This document shows positions 1 through 11,817 of a DNA stretch of 64,000 nt, one piece after another. The notes under the pieces were generated by a model, which ran no database searches, was not told the DNA's origin, and saw nothing but the letters and a program-made list of their open reading frames with translations. Each line of letters begins with the position of its first letter. Positions within the stretch are counted from its first letter, which is position 1. The position numbers and the translations under genes were made by a program. Origin of the DNA: Ylistrum balloti (Eukaryota); NCBI RefSeq assembly GCF_031769215.1, contig NW_026782432.1, forward strand, positions 186,001-250,000, in the 5' to 3' direction.

Positions 1-55
1 CTGAAAAGTTGAGCATAGAACTAGGTTTAGAACCCAAGGACATATGGTTTACTAG

Positions 56-401
56 TCTGATGCTCAACTGATATAGAGGAGTTCTCTCTAGCCATTTTGT
101 ATGTTGTGCTTAGTATTTTACCAGGGTTACACACTCCACATTCAGGAAAGAACTCGTCCTTGAGTTTCCTGTGGCTACAGTCATGTACGTGGGACAATGT
201 TTAGTATTATTCTCGAGTTCCTACATGGGTGCCAATGTAACAGAGGTCATTATTTATCCCAATGCCCCCGCAAGCTTTCAAAAATGGGACTACCGGCTTA
301 ATAATAATATATATATAGTCTGATGCTCAACCAATCTAGCTAAAGAGAAAATTCTCTCTTGCCGAGTGGTATATTGCAGCTAGTATTTTACCAGGGTTAC
401 A
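56..401. repeat. Two diverged direct copies (about 56-135 and 317-401) of an ~80-bp segment
   Basis: Both start TCTGATGCTCAAC and end TAGTATTTTACCAGGGTTACA, with TTCTCTCT in the middle. Confidence 0.55.
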
Positions 402-1320
402 TCAATTTACTCATACTAAACGCTAATTATATCACATAAGACTAAGTATATACATGTCCATGACCATGTGGCGTACACACCTTGCTAACGGGTCAATAGT
501 TTTCTTACTTCGTGTCCATGGTGACGGTGACAGAAGAATATAAAAACTAAAATATCCCCAAAAGTAAGAGGTATAACTTATGAGCTTACTATATAGATAC
601 CACTGACTTTCAGATATCACCTAACTAGATGTAATTTGTATATAACCTCCGAACACTAGCGGATCGAAATTGGGCGAGGGGGGGGGAAGTGGAGTTCATG
701 ATGAAATATTATACGTTTAACTGGCAAGAACTGAAAGATACCAAAGTTGCAACCAACCTGCTCGCAGTTTACGGTTTTGTTTTTATTTCTCTCGCTCAAA
801 CCTCATGAAACGTCAAATGTTGATTTTGGAAAGACCGACAGCATAGCTCGAAATAAGGCGCAGCCATTACTAATCGTAGTCATTCTAGCGTTTATCTTCG
901 TTTGGGAGTGTACTAATAGCAGGATAAAACATACAGAATAGCTGGGATTCTAGCCAGATAATCGTATAACTTGCTAAATTAAAGTAATTTTGAAAGTAAA
1001 CTATTATAAAAATGGCAAAGCTCATTTACACTGTGTTATAGGAGCGAGTTGACGTGGCTGGTATATAGTGTTAAATACGTTCTCTGTCACCCACCTGAAG
1101 GAGCTTGTTCCTCAAGATATAATGATTTCCATGACAGAAGTTAATTCATTGCTGAAGGGGAAACTATTGCGAAGATTTCTGTTCATCAGAATGACAACAA
1201 TTGGAAATATTGTATCTACTTCTTTGATGAACATAAAGGTTTTCAGTGCGTTCTTATAATAATAATCAACTTTATTTTACAACAACTGCGAAGCAAGTTT
1301 TCCGAACTTATATAAATCAC

Positions 1321-1499
1321 TCTTGTTGGCTCGGATGGAAGTGCATGAGGGGTCTTAATGTGGGAGGAAACCGGAGTACCTGGGGAAAACCGACATGGTC
1401 AGGCAGGTGACCCCAAACCTTTTCACATCAATCCCAGGAATCAACCCTGGACGGCTAGGTGAAAGGCGAGTGCGTTACCACTGTGCCACCCGACCACCC
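1321..1499 (-). mobile_element. tRNA-derived SINE with V-domain-like core
   Basis: Minus strand reads GGGTGGTCGGGTGGCACAGTGGTAACGCACTCGCC (A box), then CAGGGTTGATTCCTGG (B box), then GTCGGTTTTCCCCAGGTACTCCGGTTTCCTCCCACA, which resembles the conserved core of V-SINEs. Confidence 0.8.
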
Positions 1500-4424
1500 A
1501 ATGTGTTCTTTAACTTGCCTGTAAATTTTACTGATACTATCTCAGTTGTCATTTTGAGAACATGACATTATTTTTCATCAACCTAAGGCATTTATCATGG
1601 ACCAACTAAAGCTTGTCTTGTTCTTGTATTTACTCATCCCATTGTTATCAATTCTGTGTTGGGGTTATGTTGTGTCTTTTTCTATAAAATAAGCTTCTTA
1701 TGCTCTTGAAAATTGGAATTTTTTTTCAAATTAAAAAAAAAACAATCTTGACAATGACATTTCAAGATATTCACTTGTTATTGATCTCAACATAGGATGC
1801 GTTCCAAAAACCACCAGAGTGCAATCTTTTAAAAACTTTTCAGTATTTTAGAGTACACTTAAACATACAAAATATGTCATTCCTTTTCCAGACGTGAAAT
1901 GGTCCACAAAGCCTGTAATTCATTTTCTACACTTTAAATCTTTAAGTGCTGCAAAGATCCGCTTTGTGTATTCATTTTGGGACATACTTTTTTTTTCAGA
2001 TTTGTTGAAGACATCTGTTACTTCATTTAACATCCATATTTATCATTTTGGAATGATGCATTTACTCACAAGTCATGTGAATAGAAAGTATTTTTCAAAT
2101 CTCAACTTTAAAGTCTTAGTCAGTCATCAAATCGTTATGTTACATTTTTAGTCCACAATTTAAAACCATTTCATTTGTCTGTCAACAACAACATGCAGCT
2201 TCAGCTAGTTTATTCAAGCTTTCTGCCTGTAAATGTATAGGTCTTTCCTATGTTTGGTGAGAGAAATGACCAGGGAAGTCCAGAACAGTTTCAGTGTGGC
2301 AGTACAGTAAGCGTTTGCCTGCTGGACACTGAAAATAACGTTCCGTGGTAGGGTAATTCCTGTTGTCCACATGGAACACTACTCAAATATTGTACTTGGT
2401 CTGGAATTGTGACGAACCTAATTGTTGTTGGATGAGGCCAGAAGCATGCAGGTAGATCCATACCTGGAAATCCCCATCATCAGGCAGATGTAATGTACGC
2501 GAGGCTCACTTAATTTGAAAGGAGGTGTTAGTTTCAGGATCTGGAACTATCTTGGCACAAAATAATTATGTAACCACATTGTATACTACCCCTTTGAGGT
2601 TCCTTTTTTTTTTCTTTTTTTTTTTTTAACTAGAGACACTTTTTTCAAACCCAAAATCTTTGCATCATTAGTGTTCAAATTGTTTGAAATCTATTTTCCT
2701 AGATTTCAAGTCATTTCAAATTTTCCCTTGTAATAGAACATACCTTGAAGTTGATTTGTAAGTAAACCAAAATGGTAGACAAAACTAATATCAAGTTTTA
2801 ATCATTTTGGCGATATCCTGGTATTAAAAACGTAAAAAAAATCTACAATTTTTACCCTTAAACACACCAATACAAATTTGATAAAAGAAATCATGAATAA
2901 TGTTTCAGGGAGGTAACAAATCAATAATTCATGAAAAGGAGATACAAAAACATGTCATTGATGCACATTTTCACATATAGTCAGTTCAATAAAGACACAG
3001 GCCCTTTGGGCCTTTTTTAATCTAGAAGACGAAAATCCATGTGTTTATTTTGTATCATCATTTAAAGTACTACAAATAAGCAAAGATTAAAAACCGCTAT
3101 AGGAAATATAACATTAGTTGGAACCCCATCATTATCAGCTTTTCATCTAGCACCTATCTCATTAAACACATCCACTAAACCTCAGATTCTGCAGAACACT
3201 TGGTACATATGAAATACACCACATCTTTCTAAAACCACTTTATTTGTATCCAAAAATGGTTAGAATAGTTAAATCAATAATAAGTTTCCTCAAAATTCAA
3301 TTTATTTTAAATATAAATCATTGAGGTTAATCTCTAAATATTTCCTTCATTCATAAATGAAAAACCTTGCAATATTTTTAAACCATGAAATGGAAAATAT
3401 GTGTAAATAATATTAGATTATTTTCAATCTAAATCAACATAACAAAAGATACATTAAACTTATTGATTCTCTCTAGGAATGTTACACTGATATTAACAGT
3501 AGGATCAGAATACTTGTACATATAACATTATAACAGAGAGAATGTAGAGAAATTTCATCTAAATCACTTTTACAGTGAGTATAATCCAAATGTCTCATTC
3601 ACAAAGTATTGCTTAGAATACTTTCTACTTTCTTAAACATAGAAATTCTTCTTGTTTGGGTTGGACTCCAGAAGAAATCCTTTTAGGGCCCAGCTCCCTC
3701 CTCCTCACCTCCTGCCTCCTCTTTCCTCCCATCCCCCCGAAGGAAATAGAATAGTTCTTCATTACATTTCCTATATAATCACAAAGTAGAGACGGACCAT
3801 TCCATTACTTTTGGGGCCTAGTCCCTAGGTGAGATACTCTCTTCCTTCCCTCTAAGGACTTGGTCCTCATGAGAGATAAATTTGTCCTTTATCACTCAGG
3901 CTTCTCAGAGAAAACCAACTTCAATTCTCTAACTTTTTCACTCAGTCCCAAGAGAAAATTGAATCCTTTCTTAACTTACTTGGTGGGTCCAGCCTTTAGG
4001 AGGGATACATTCCCTCCTTTGTAAAACCAAGGGAAAGACAGATAGTAACCCCTCAAATAATCGTGGTATAATGGTAGCATAAATGTGCACACATATTTAT
4101 GCTCAAACTTCATTAATCCCAACAGAACAGGATATGAATCTATCTCGTATACATATTTACATGAATTACAATCAAAATATAATGATGTCAGGCATAATAG
4201 TTCTTAAGAAGGAGCTAGACGTAAAAAAATATTAATATATCTGATACTGCACATGCACAATGTTTTAAAAAAAAACTGAAACTTCATTTCAATCAGTCTT
4301 AATAAATTTTAGTTTAGGACAAGCATAATTTAAAACTTAGATTCAGCAGAAGTAAAAACAAAAGAAGTTTGTAAACCTGGTCATTATTCATAAGTGATTG
4401 TTAGAGCTACTCTATAGCTTGGGG

Positions 4425-4770
4425 ATAAACTAATTACAGGATAATAAGCCCTTGGCCCAACACATCACTACAATAAGTCTGGCAGAAGACTTATTACAGG
4501 ACAATAAGACTAGGTGCTTAACACATCACTACAATAAGTCTGGTGTGGACTTATCACAGGACAATAAGCCCAGGGGCTTAACATATTTCTACTCAAAGTA
4601 TGTGGTGGACTTATCACAGGACAATAAACCCAGGGACTTAACATATTACTACTCAAAGTATGTGGTGGACTTATCACAGGACAATAAGCCCAGGGGCTAA
4701 ACACATTACTACTCAAAGTCTAGGGTGGACTTAGTACAGGACAATAAGCCTGGATGACCAACATATCACA
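4425..4770. repeat. 60-bp tandem repeat, about 5.5 copies
   Basis: GG(A)CAATAAG-type anchor recurs at 4439, 4499, 4559, 4619, 4679 and 4739. Confidence 0.9.
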
Positions 4771-5524
4771 TAAATTATATGTACTTCTTACACAAGGTCT
4801 TGAGGCAGGCTTACTACAGAACAATGAAATAATATTAACTTGCAATTTTTTTTATACTGTATAGTTGCTAAGTTTTGCAGGGGTTTTTATTCTGCTATAT
4901 TTACAGTCATTAACTAAAAAATAACACAAAATTAAGCGTCTAAGAAATATTTCTACAGCCAATCAAAAGAGTTTTTATCTCTGTATCAGTCACAATGTTT
5001 CAGACATGTGCAAAATTTATTACCCCTGGACTTGTCCCATCCAGGACATCTGAAAAATATTAACCCTGCAAAAGCAGTAATATCTATGGAAGCTGTTACA
5101 TACGGTTAGATAAATGATGACAATAAGGCATGAAGTGAATGATTTTGAACACCTTAAGTTGCCGACAAATATACAGACTAACAGAGAGTGATATCTTAAC
5201 CAAAGGGCAGGATTTTATTGTTAATGAGACGTTGCTGTGTGCTGATCTTTTAAAATCTCACCCCATGGTTTAATAAATCTTTATCAACATTAAAGAGAGA
5301 TGATTGACTACTTTTCTCTCAAGTTGGACATAAAATGTTTAACAATATTCATGACACTATCTGATTGTGCTGTAAATCTATACATCAATAAGTGGATGAC
5401 ACAGTTCTACTGTGATTAAAGTCGTTTTACAAATAAGTTTTCCAAAACAAAAATGGAAATGTATCTGTGAATTGTAGCAAAAATCAGAGCACCCCTACCC
5501 ATGACTTTCTTCATACTCCCCAAC

Positions 5525-6982
5525 TCAATCGTCAGATTCTATACTTTCAACAGACATAAACTTCTCAGAGTCCACACTTTCAACAGATAAAAACTTCTCG
5601 GAGTCCTCACTTTCGACAGACAAAAACTTCTCGGAGTCCTCACTTTCGACAGACAAAAACTTCTCGGAGTCCACACTTTCGACAGTTAAAAACTTCTCGG
5701 AGTCCACACTTTCGACAGACAAAAACTTCTCGGAGTCCTCACTTTCGACAGACAAAAACTTCTCGGAGTCCTCACTTTCAACAGTTAAAAACTTCTCAGA
5801 GTCCACACTTTCGACAGTTAAAAACTTCTCGGAGTCCACACTTTCGACAGTTAAAAACTTCTCGGAGTCCTCACTTTCGACAGTTAAAAACTTCTCGGAG
5901 TCCACACTTTCGACAGACATAAACTTCTCAGAGTTCACTCGTTCAACAGATAAAACTTTTGTTGTTTCAATAGATAACGACTTGTCCCTTGTGTGAATTC
6001 GCATATGAGTTCGTAGATTAGCAGCTTGTGTAAATCCTTTACCACAAATTTCACATTCGAACGGATTTTCCCCTGCATGTATTCTGAGATGAGTCTGCAG
6101 GTAAGCTGACTTACAAAATGCCTTGCTACAGATGTAGCACTTGTATGGTTTTTCTCTCGTATGAGTTCGTGTATGGGTCTGTAGGTTTGACGCGGCTGTG
6201 AACCCTTTACCACAAACCTCACACTTGTATGGTTTCTCCCCCGTATGTGTTCTGAAGTGTCTTTGAAGACTGGATGCTGCTGTAAACATCTTATTACAAA
6301 CATCACAGATGTATGGCCTTTCTCCCGTATGTATCCTTACATGCACCTGCAAACTTGATGCATCACTGAACGCCTTACTACAGACGTCACACTTGAATGG
6401 CTTTTCACCTGTATGTGTTCTGATATGTGTCTGTAGATTTGCAGCCTGGCTAAAGCCTTTCCCACAGACGTCACACTTGAATGGTTTTTCACCTGTATGT
6501 GTTCTGATATGTACCCTAAGACCATATGCTTTGATGAAATTTTTACCACAAATCTCACACGAATGGCACGCCTCTCCTGTGTGAGTCATGATGTGTTCCC
6601 GTACTTGACATGCTTCCTTGAACTCTTTACCACAGACATCACACTTGAATGGTTTTTGCTCCATATGTGTCCTGAGGTGTTTTTTGAGGTGCGATGCCTC
6701 CTTAAATCGTTTACCACAGACATCACACTTATATGGTTTTTCTCCGGTGTGTGTCCTGAGATGTCCCTGTAGATGTGATGTCTCCTTAAATCTTTTACCA
6801 CAAACGTTGCAGGCATGCGGCTTCTCTCCAGTATGTGTTCGTCGATGTCTCAAAAGTTTCGACAAGAAATTAAACTCCTTACCACATATATCACATTTAC
6901 ATGTTTTGTCTCCAGTACGTGTCCTTGTGTGCTTTTGCAGACTGGGTCCTAAATCAATGTCTGTAGCCACAACATCAGACAT
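5525..6982 (-). CDS. ZF1: C2H2 zinc-finger protein, 11 fingers plus an acidic 11-aa repeat tail (485 aa from the first ATG)
   Basis: 11 C-x2-C-x12-H-x3-H units with TGEKP-type linkers. The ORF-track start at 6997 is GTG; the first ATG is at 6982; there is an in-frame TAA upstream near 7025. Confidence 0.93.
   Translation of the reverse strand: MSDVVATDIDLGPSLQKHTRTRTGDKTCKCDICGKEFNFLSKLLRHRRTHTGEKPHACNVCGKRFKETSHLQGHLRTHTGEKPYKCDVCGKRFKEASHLKKHLRTHMEQKPFKCDVCGKEFKEACQVREHIMTHTGEACHSCEICGKNFIKAYGLRVHIRTHTGEKPFKCDVCGKGFSQAANLQTHIRTHTGEKPFKCDVCSKAFSDASSLQVHVRIHTGERPYICDVCNKMFTAASSLQRHFRTHTGEKPYKCEVCGKGFTAASNLQTHTRTHTREKPYKCYICSKAFCKSAYLQTHLRIHAGENPFECEICGKGFTQAANLRTHMRIHTRDKSLSIETTKVLSVERVNSEKFMSVESVDSEKFLTVESEDSEKFLTVESVDSEKFLTVESVDSEKFLTVESEDSEKFLSVESEDSEKFLSVESVDSEKFLTVESVDSEKFLSVESEDSEKFLSVESEDSEKFLSVESVDSEKFMSVESIESDD
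5528..5957 (-). repeat. Coding 33-bp minisatellite (xSVES[V/E]DSEKF), about 12 copies, inside ZF1
   Basis: Unit GAGTCCACACTTTCGACAGTTAAAAACTTCTCG; in frame with the fingers and uninterrupted up to the stop. Confidence 0.95.
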
Positions 6983-7896
6983 GTTTCTATTATGCACTGC
7001 AGTACGGATACTGTGATATAATTTTTATTGAACAAGAATCAGGTAACAAATTCAGAGTTTATTGTATTTCAGAAGATGTTCTTCAGTTCTCCTTGACATC
7101 TAGTCAAGACAAATTGCTGACGTTATGAATATGATACCATAGTTTTGAAATTGTCTACATCATAATTGGTATAAATTATCTTACAGTAAAAATTTCATCC
7201 AGTTTGAACAAACTTTTTAATTTCTGTTCGTCATACATCACAATTTCTTCTAATTATGATTTCTTGAATAGGATTTGTTTTCCGATACCAGCTGTCATTT
7301 CTGTTGTAAAGGACCCAAAACCTGAAACAAAAAGTAAATATATAACAACAAAGTGGTCCATCATTGTGATATCAGAACACAATTACCAGAGGAGATCGCC
7401 AATAAAACAAGAACTAGAAATTTGGATTTAACAGTGGCTCTAGAATTATAGACGGTAAGATTGAAAATTTGTGACTAGTTTCTTGATTATTCTCTGAAAT
7501 AGAAATGAATGAAAGATTCTGTTTATCAAATGACTTATTAAGAAGTAGGTGTAACAACAAAACAACCTGATATACTCTGTTAATGCCTTATTTATATTTA
7601 CATTAATATTGTTTAAATATGAACAAATTATCATCAACAGAATACATCAGGTTTTGTTGTGAATGCACCTTCGAGTTCATATGTACAAGTCATACACAAT
7701 CAGCCTGAAGTTATCCGTGCCTAGATGATAAACCTGGTACACTACCGTAAAGAAGCAAGGTGCTGGCTCCTCTCCCTTTTCCTGCACTCTCAAAGAACCT
7801 AAGATACTTTGCAAATATTTATGAAAATATTATTAGATATACATTTATTGATAATCTAATTTGACTCTTGTTATTTCTTTCTTTGGTAACATCCTA

Positions 7897-8165
7897 ATAT
7901 ATATAACATCACAATTTATATGACATCATAATATACATGACATCACAATATATATGACATCACCATCACAATATATATGACATCACAATTTATATAACAT
8001 CACAATTTATATGACATCATAATATACATGACATCACAATATGTATGACCTCACAATATATATGACATCACAATTTATATAACACCACAGTTTATATGAC
8101 ATCATAATATACATGACATCACAATATATATGATATCACCATCACAATATATATGACATCACAAG
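7897..8165. repeat. ~17-bp tandem repeat ATATATGACATCACAAT
   Basis: Directly visible, about 15 imperfect copies. Confidence 0.9.
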
Positions 8166-9000
8166 TTATGATGTTAAAATGGAACAATTTAAAGTTCTAG
8201 CCAATCACATATAGCTCTGCATTAAAACAGGTGTAAAACAAGAAGATATCCCAGAATCCTTTGCTGTTTGATTTTTATTGGTTCTTTATCAACTGTATCA
8301 TTTCTCTTCCTTACCTTTTTTTCCCCTATCTCTCCAAAAATCAATTATTCCGTACAATTAAGGACTAAATAGGAATTTATAAATCAAATAAAAAAATCCA
8401 TCTGAAACTATTCAAGACATAATTATAACCAACTACAGTTTGTTCTTTTAATCAGTTGGACAGTGAACGGTTAGGAGTTGTGAGGTTCTATAGACATTTG
8501 CATACGAAAGTTCACTAGTAATTGTGACAACAAACACAACTTTCAATACTCAATTTGGCCATCTTGGTTTTTCGATCTGTCCTAAAGTTTAACATACACA
8601 ACTAAAGACCAAAGAGAGTATATACGTTTGAGACAGGCCCATGCTGTGCTTCTCAAGAAACTTCAGGTTTCAAAGTCCCACATAGCTGATTTTAGACTTT
8701 AAGAAAACAAGGGAAATCTACATATGATATTTGTGAAAAAACAATACCCACAATTTGTTCAGGACAGGTGGACAGCAAACAGACAACGGATCAACTTACA
8801 GATTAAGTGTGATTTCACCACTATAGCTGTCTGATGGCTGTAGAAACTTTATGTCAAGGCACATGTTATAATAGTAATAATGAATGAAAGTTATCAATAG
8901 AATAGACTGATTAATATTTCTAAATATTACACTCCGACTTGCATCATTAAAACTTCTAAACTCTATACCTGGTACATGAGTAATAGGAAGGAGCAATGAA

Positions 9001-9093
9001 AAACCTCCTTCCCCTGCTGGGGTTCAAACTAGTGACCGCTCAGTTTCTAGCCAGACTCTCTACTGTTTGACTAAAGGGAAATCCCCACTAGCC
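9001..9093 (-). mobile_element. Decayed tRNA-derived SINE head
   Basis: Minus strand TTTAGTCAAACAGTAGAGAGTCTGGCTAGAAACTGAGCGGTCACTAGTTTGAACCCCAGCAGGGG has degenerate A and B boxes at tRNA spacing. Confidence 0.55.
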
Positions 9094-9784
9094 AAGGCTC
9101 TTAAAGTGACCTGTACTCTCATCTTCTATACATACAATATCAAAATTCCTACACACAGTACATACCTTAATTACAATGGTGTGTAGAGATGCACTGTATT
9201 AAGAGAGATAACTTATGATATATCTTATATGCATACTGAATTTAGATGTAAAGGTTCACAATTATTCATTCTCCCCATAATCCATCATTATATAATGAAA
9301 GTGTTAGTCCTGCTAGTCCAAGTTTTAAACACAAATATCCCTAATAAAACTGTGTATATATATTGATTCAAAGCTTTTTCTTCAAGATCATGGGTTCCAG
9401 ATATACTAACCGTGAAGGATTGATATCTGTAAGGAGAATTTGTTGTTTTCTCATTGATACTAAACAACTTTGTCCCCTGAACTTTTTTTTCAAAACACCA
9501 CTTGTTCCCTGAGCCAGCTCACTTATATAAAAGCTATACCGATCTAGAATCTATGTTGGTTACTGAACTTGTAAATGATGTACAATAATAACAGTTCACT
9601 TCAATTGTCTGGTATGGTAGATTGACGTGCACTGAAAGGACAGAAAATAAACAGAAAATTAACAGTAAAAGATAATAGAATAAAAACAGAAGATCAGCTT
9701 TAAGATAGTCAATGAAAAACAACCAGATAATGTTTAGTCCTTTCCAACTTAATATTTTTATTATGTATTTAGAAATTATGTTCT

Positions 9785-10690
9785 TTTCACATAACTTAAT
9801 GTGCCGCACTGTACTGAAAGACGATTTGCAGGATGGGGCAAAATTGGGCGGTTTATATGTAGAATTTGGACATTAGATTGTTTTTAGTGTAATTATTGTA
9901 GTGTTTAATTATCTCAGTTATAATATTATAATTTCATATTGATCAAAAACGATTTGCATAACGTAATGTGGACAGGGAAAGACGATTTAGAGGACTGGAC
10001 GGGTGGTTTATATGTAGAATTTGGACATTAAATTGTTTTTAGTGTAATTATTGTAGTGTTTAATTATCTCAGTTAAAATATTATAGTGTCACATTGATCA
10101 AAAACGACCAAAAAAGATATGGTGGTCCTTTCACATAATATAATGTGCCGCACAGGACCGAAAGACGAAGATCGGGCGGTTTATATGTAGAATTTGGGCA
10201 TTAAATTGTTTTTAGTGTGATTATTGTGGTGTTGAATTATCTCAGTTAAAATATTATAGTGTAACATTGATCAAAAACGGCCAAAAAAGATATGGTGGTC
10301 CTTTCACATAACGTAATGTGCCGCACAGGACCGAAAGACGATTTAGAGGACTGGACAGAATCGGGCGGTTTATATGTAGAATTTGGCATTTAATTGTTTT
10401 TAGTGTGATTATTGTGGTGTTAAATGATCTCAGTTAAAATATTATAGTGTCACATTGATCAAAAACGGCCAAAAAAGATATGGTGGTCCTTTCACATAAC
10501 GTAATGTGCCGCACAGGACCGAAAGACGATTTAGAGGACTGGACAGAATCGGGCGGTTTATATGTAGAATTTGGGCATTAAATTGTTTTTAGTGTGATTA
10601 TTGTGGTGTTGAATTATCTCAGTTAAAATATTATAGTGTCACATTGATCAAAAACGGCCAAAAAAGATATAGTGGTCCTTTTACATAATG
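9785..10690. repeat. Tandem repeat with 155-190-bp unit, about 5 copies
   Basis: GGG(C/T)GGTTTATATGTAGAATTTGG at 9846, 10001, 10174, 10363 and 10551. Confidence 0.92.
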
Positions 10691-11817
10691 AACAAAATGA
10701 ACATTCCAATAGCTTCAGACGTTATGTTTACAAAAGCAAAATACAAGTTACCTCGACTGACGGCGAGACTTTAACTCAGGGACCAAAGACACACGGTAAG
10801 AATCCAGGACAAAGGAAATGGAAAACAGCCGAAAGGACCAGAACAACAACTACGATTAAGAAACCAAAACAAGTAACAACTCAATGACAAAACCGTCACC
10901 ATTTCCTTAACATGGGAAACCTAAAAATAGGTCGGGATGGTCTGACAAGTGAAAAACATGCAATACTGACAATTAGACTTTTATTTGGGGACAAGGACAC
11001 ATAGTAAGAAACAGCTGGAAGAACAACAACTTAGAGACCAAAAAAGTAATGACCGACGAGGACGACAAAACCGTCACAATTTCCTTATCACTGGAAACCT
11101 AGAAATAGGTTGGGATGGTCAAAAAGTGATGATACCCTTTTGTTGCAAGCCCTGGGGTAACATCACAATCACAACTATTATTATAAAAATGTCCAAATGT
11201 GAACAGCTATATGATGCCAGGTACGGTATGGACTTTTAAAGAAAGTGGGTATTGTTAAAGTGAACAGTTTACAGAAATGCAAACAGATATAGAAAGAAGA
11301 CATGGAGAGGGGCACTAGAGTCTTTATCATCACATATTTGAGAGAGAAAATTTGGTCGAGTAATTTAAGCCAGGGGTTGTGGGTACAATACCCGATGGAG
11401 CCACGCAACTTGAGCTCCTTAACTGTAACTGTTACATCAGCAATTTCAAACGTTTGAGGACAGATACAAATCGGATCCATCAGTCTCTGCTAATTGTAAT
11501 CAATGTTTCGTCGAGGAGCATCCTGGCCTACATGGACTAAAGTTTCGTTCACACTATCTAAGGTGAATACCGTTATAAGGCATAGTAATGCCTTATAAGA
11601 ACGCACTTAACAACATACCTCCATTCTGTCTTTGTGCTAAACATGCATTGTGAAGACTGGAAGGATTAGAGAAAGTGTTCTGTGAACCGCTGAGAGCTTA
11701 CTTTCAGTCTTCTTTTTGTAACCGCATCGATTAACTAATAATCATTGTTGTTTTAACGCTTCAGTTCGAGAAGGTACTAAAGTCAGGACGACCAGAATCA
11801 GGACTATATTTCGTGAG

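Noticed and set aside
1321-1499. Possible tRNA gene
   Set aside because: A and B boxes are present, but the cloverleaf is incomplete and runs into a SINE core.
3600-4060. Purine/pyrimidine-skewed stretch that looks coding
   Set aside because: All frames I translated contain stops and no recognisable motif.
5935-7016. Short ORFs overlapping ZF1 (and equivalents over ZF2, ZF3 and ZF4)
   Set aside because: Antisense or alternate-frame shadows of zinc-finger repeats.
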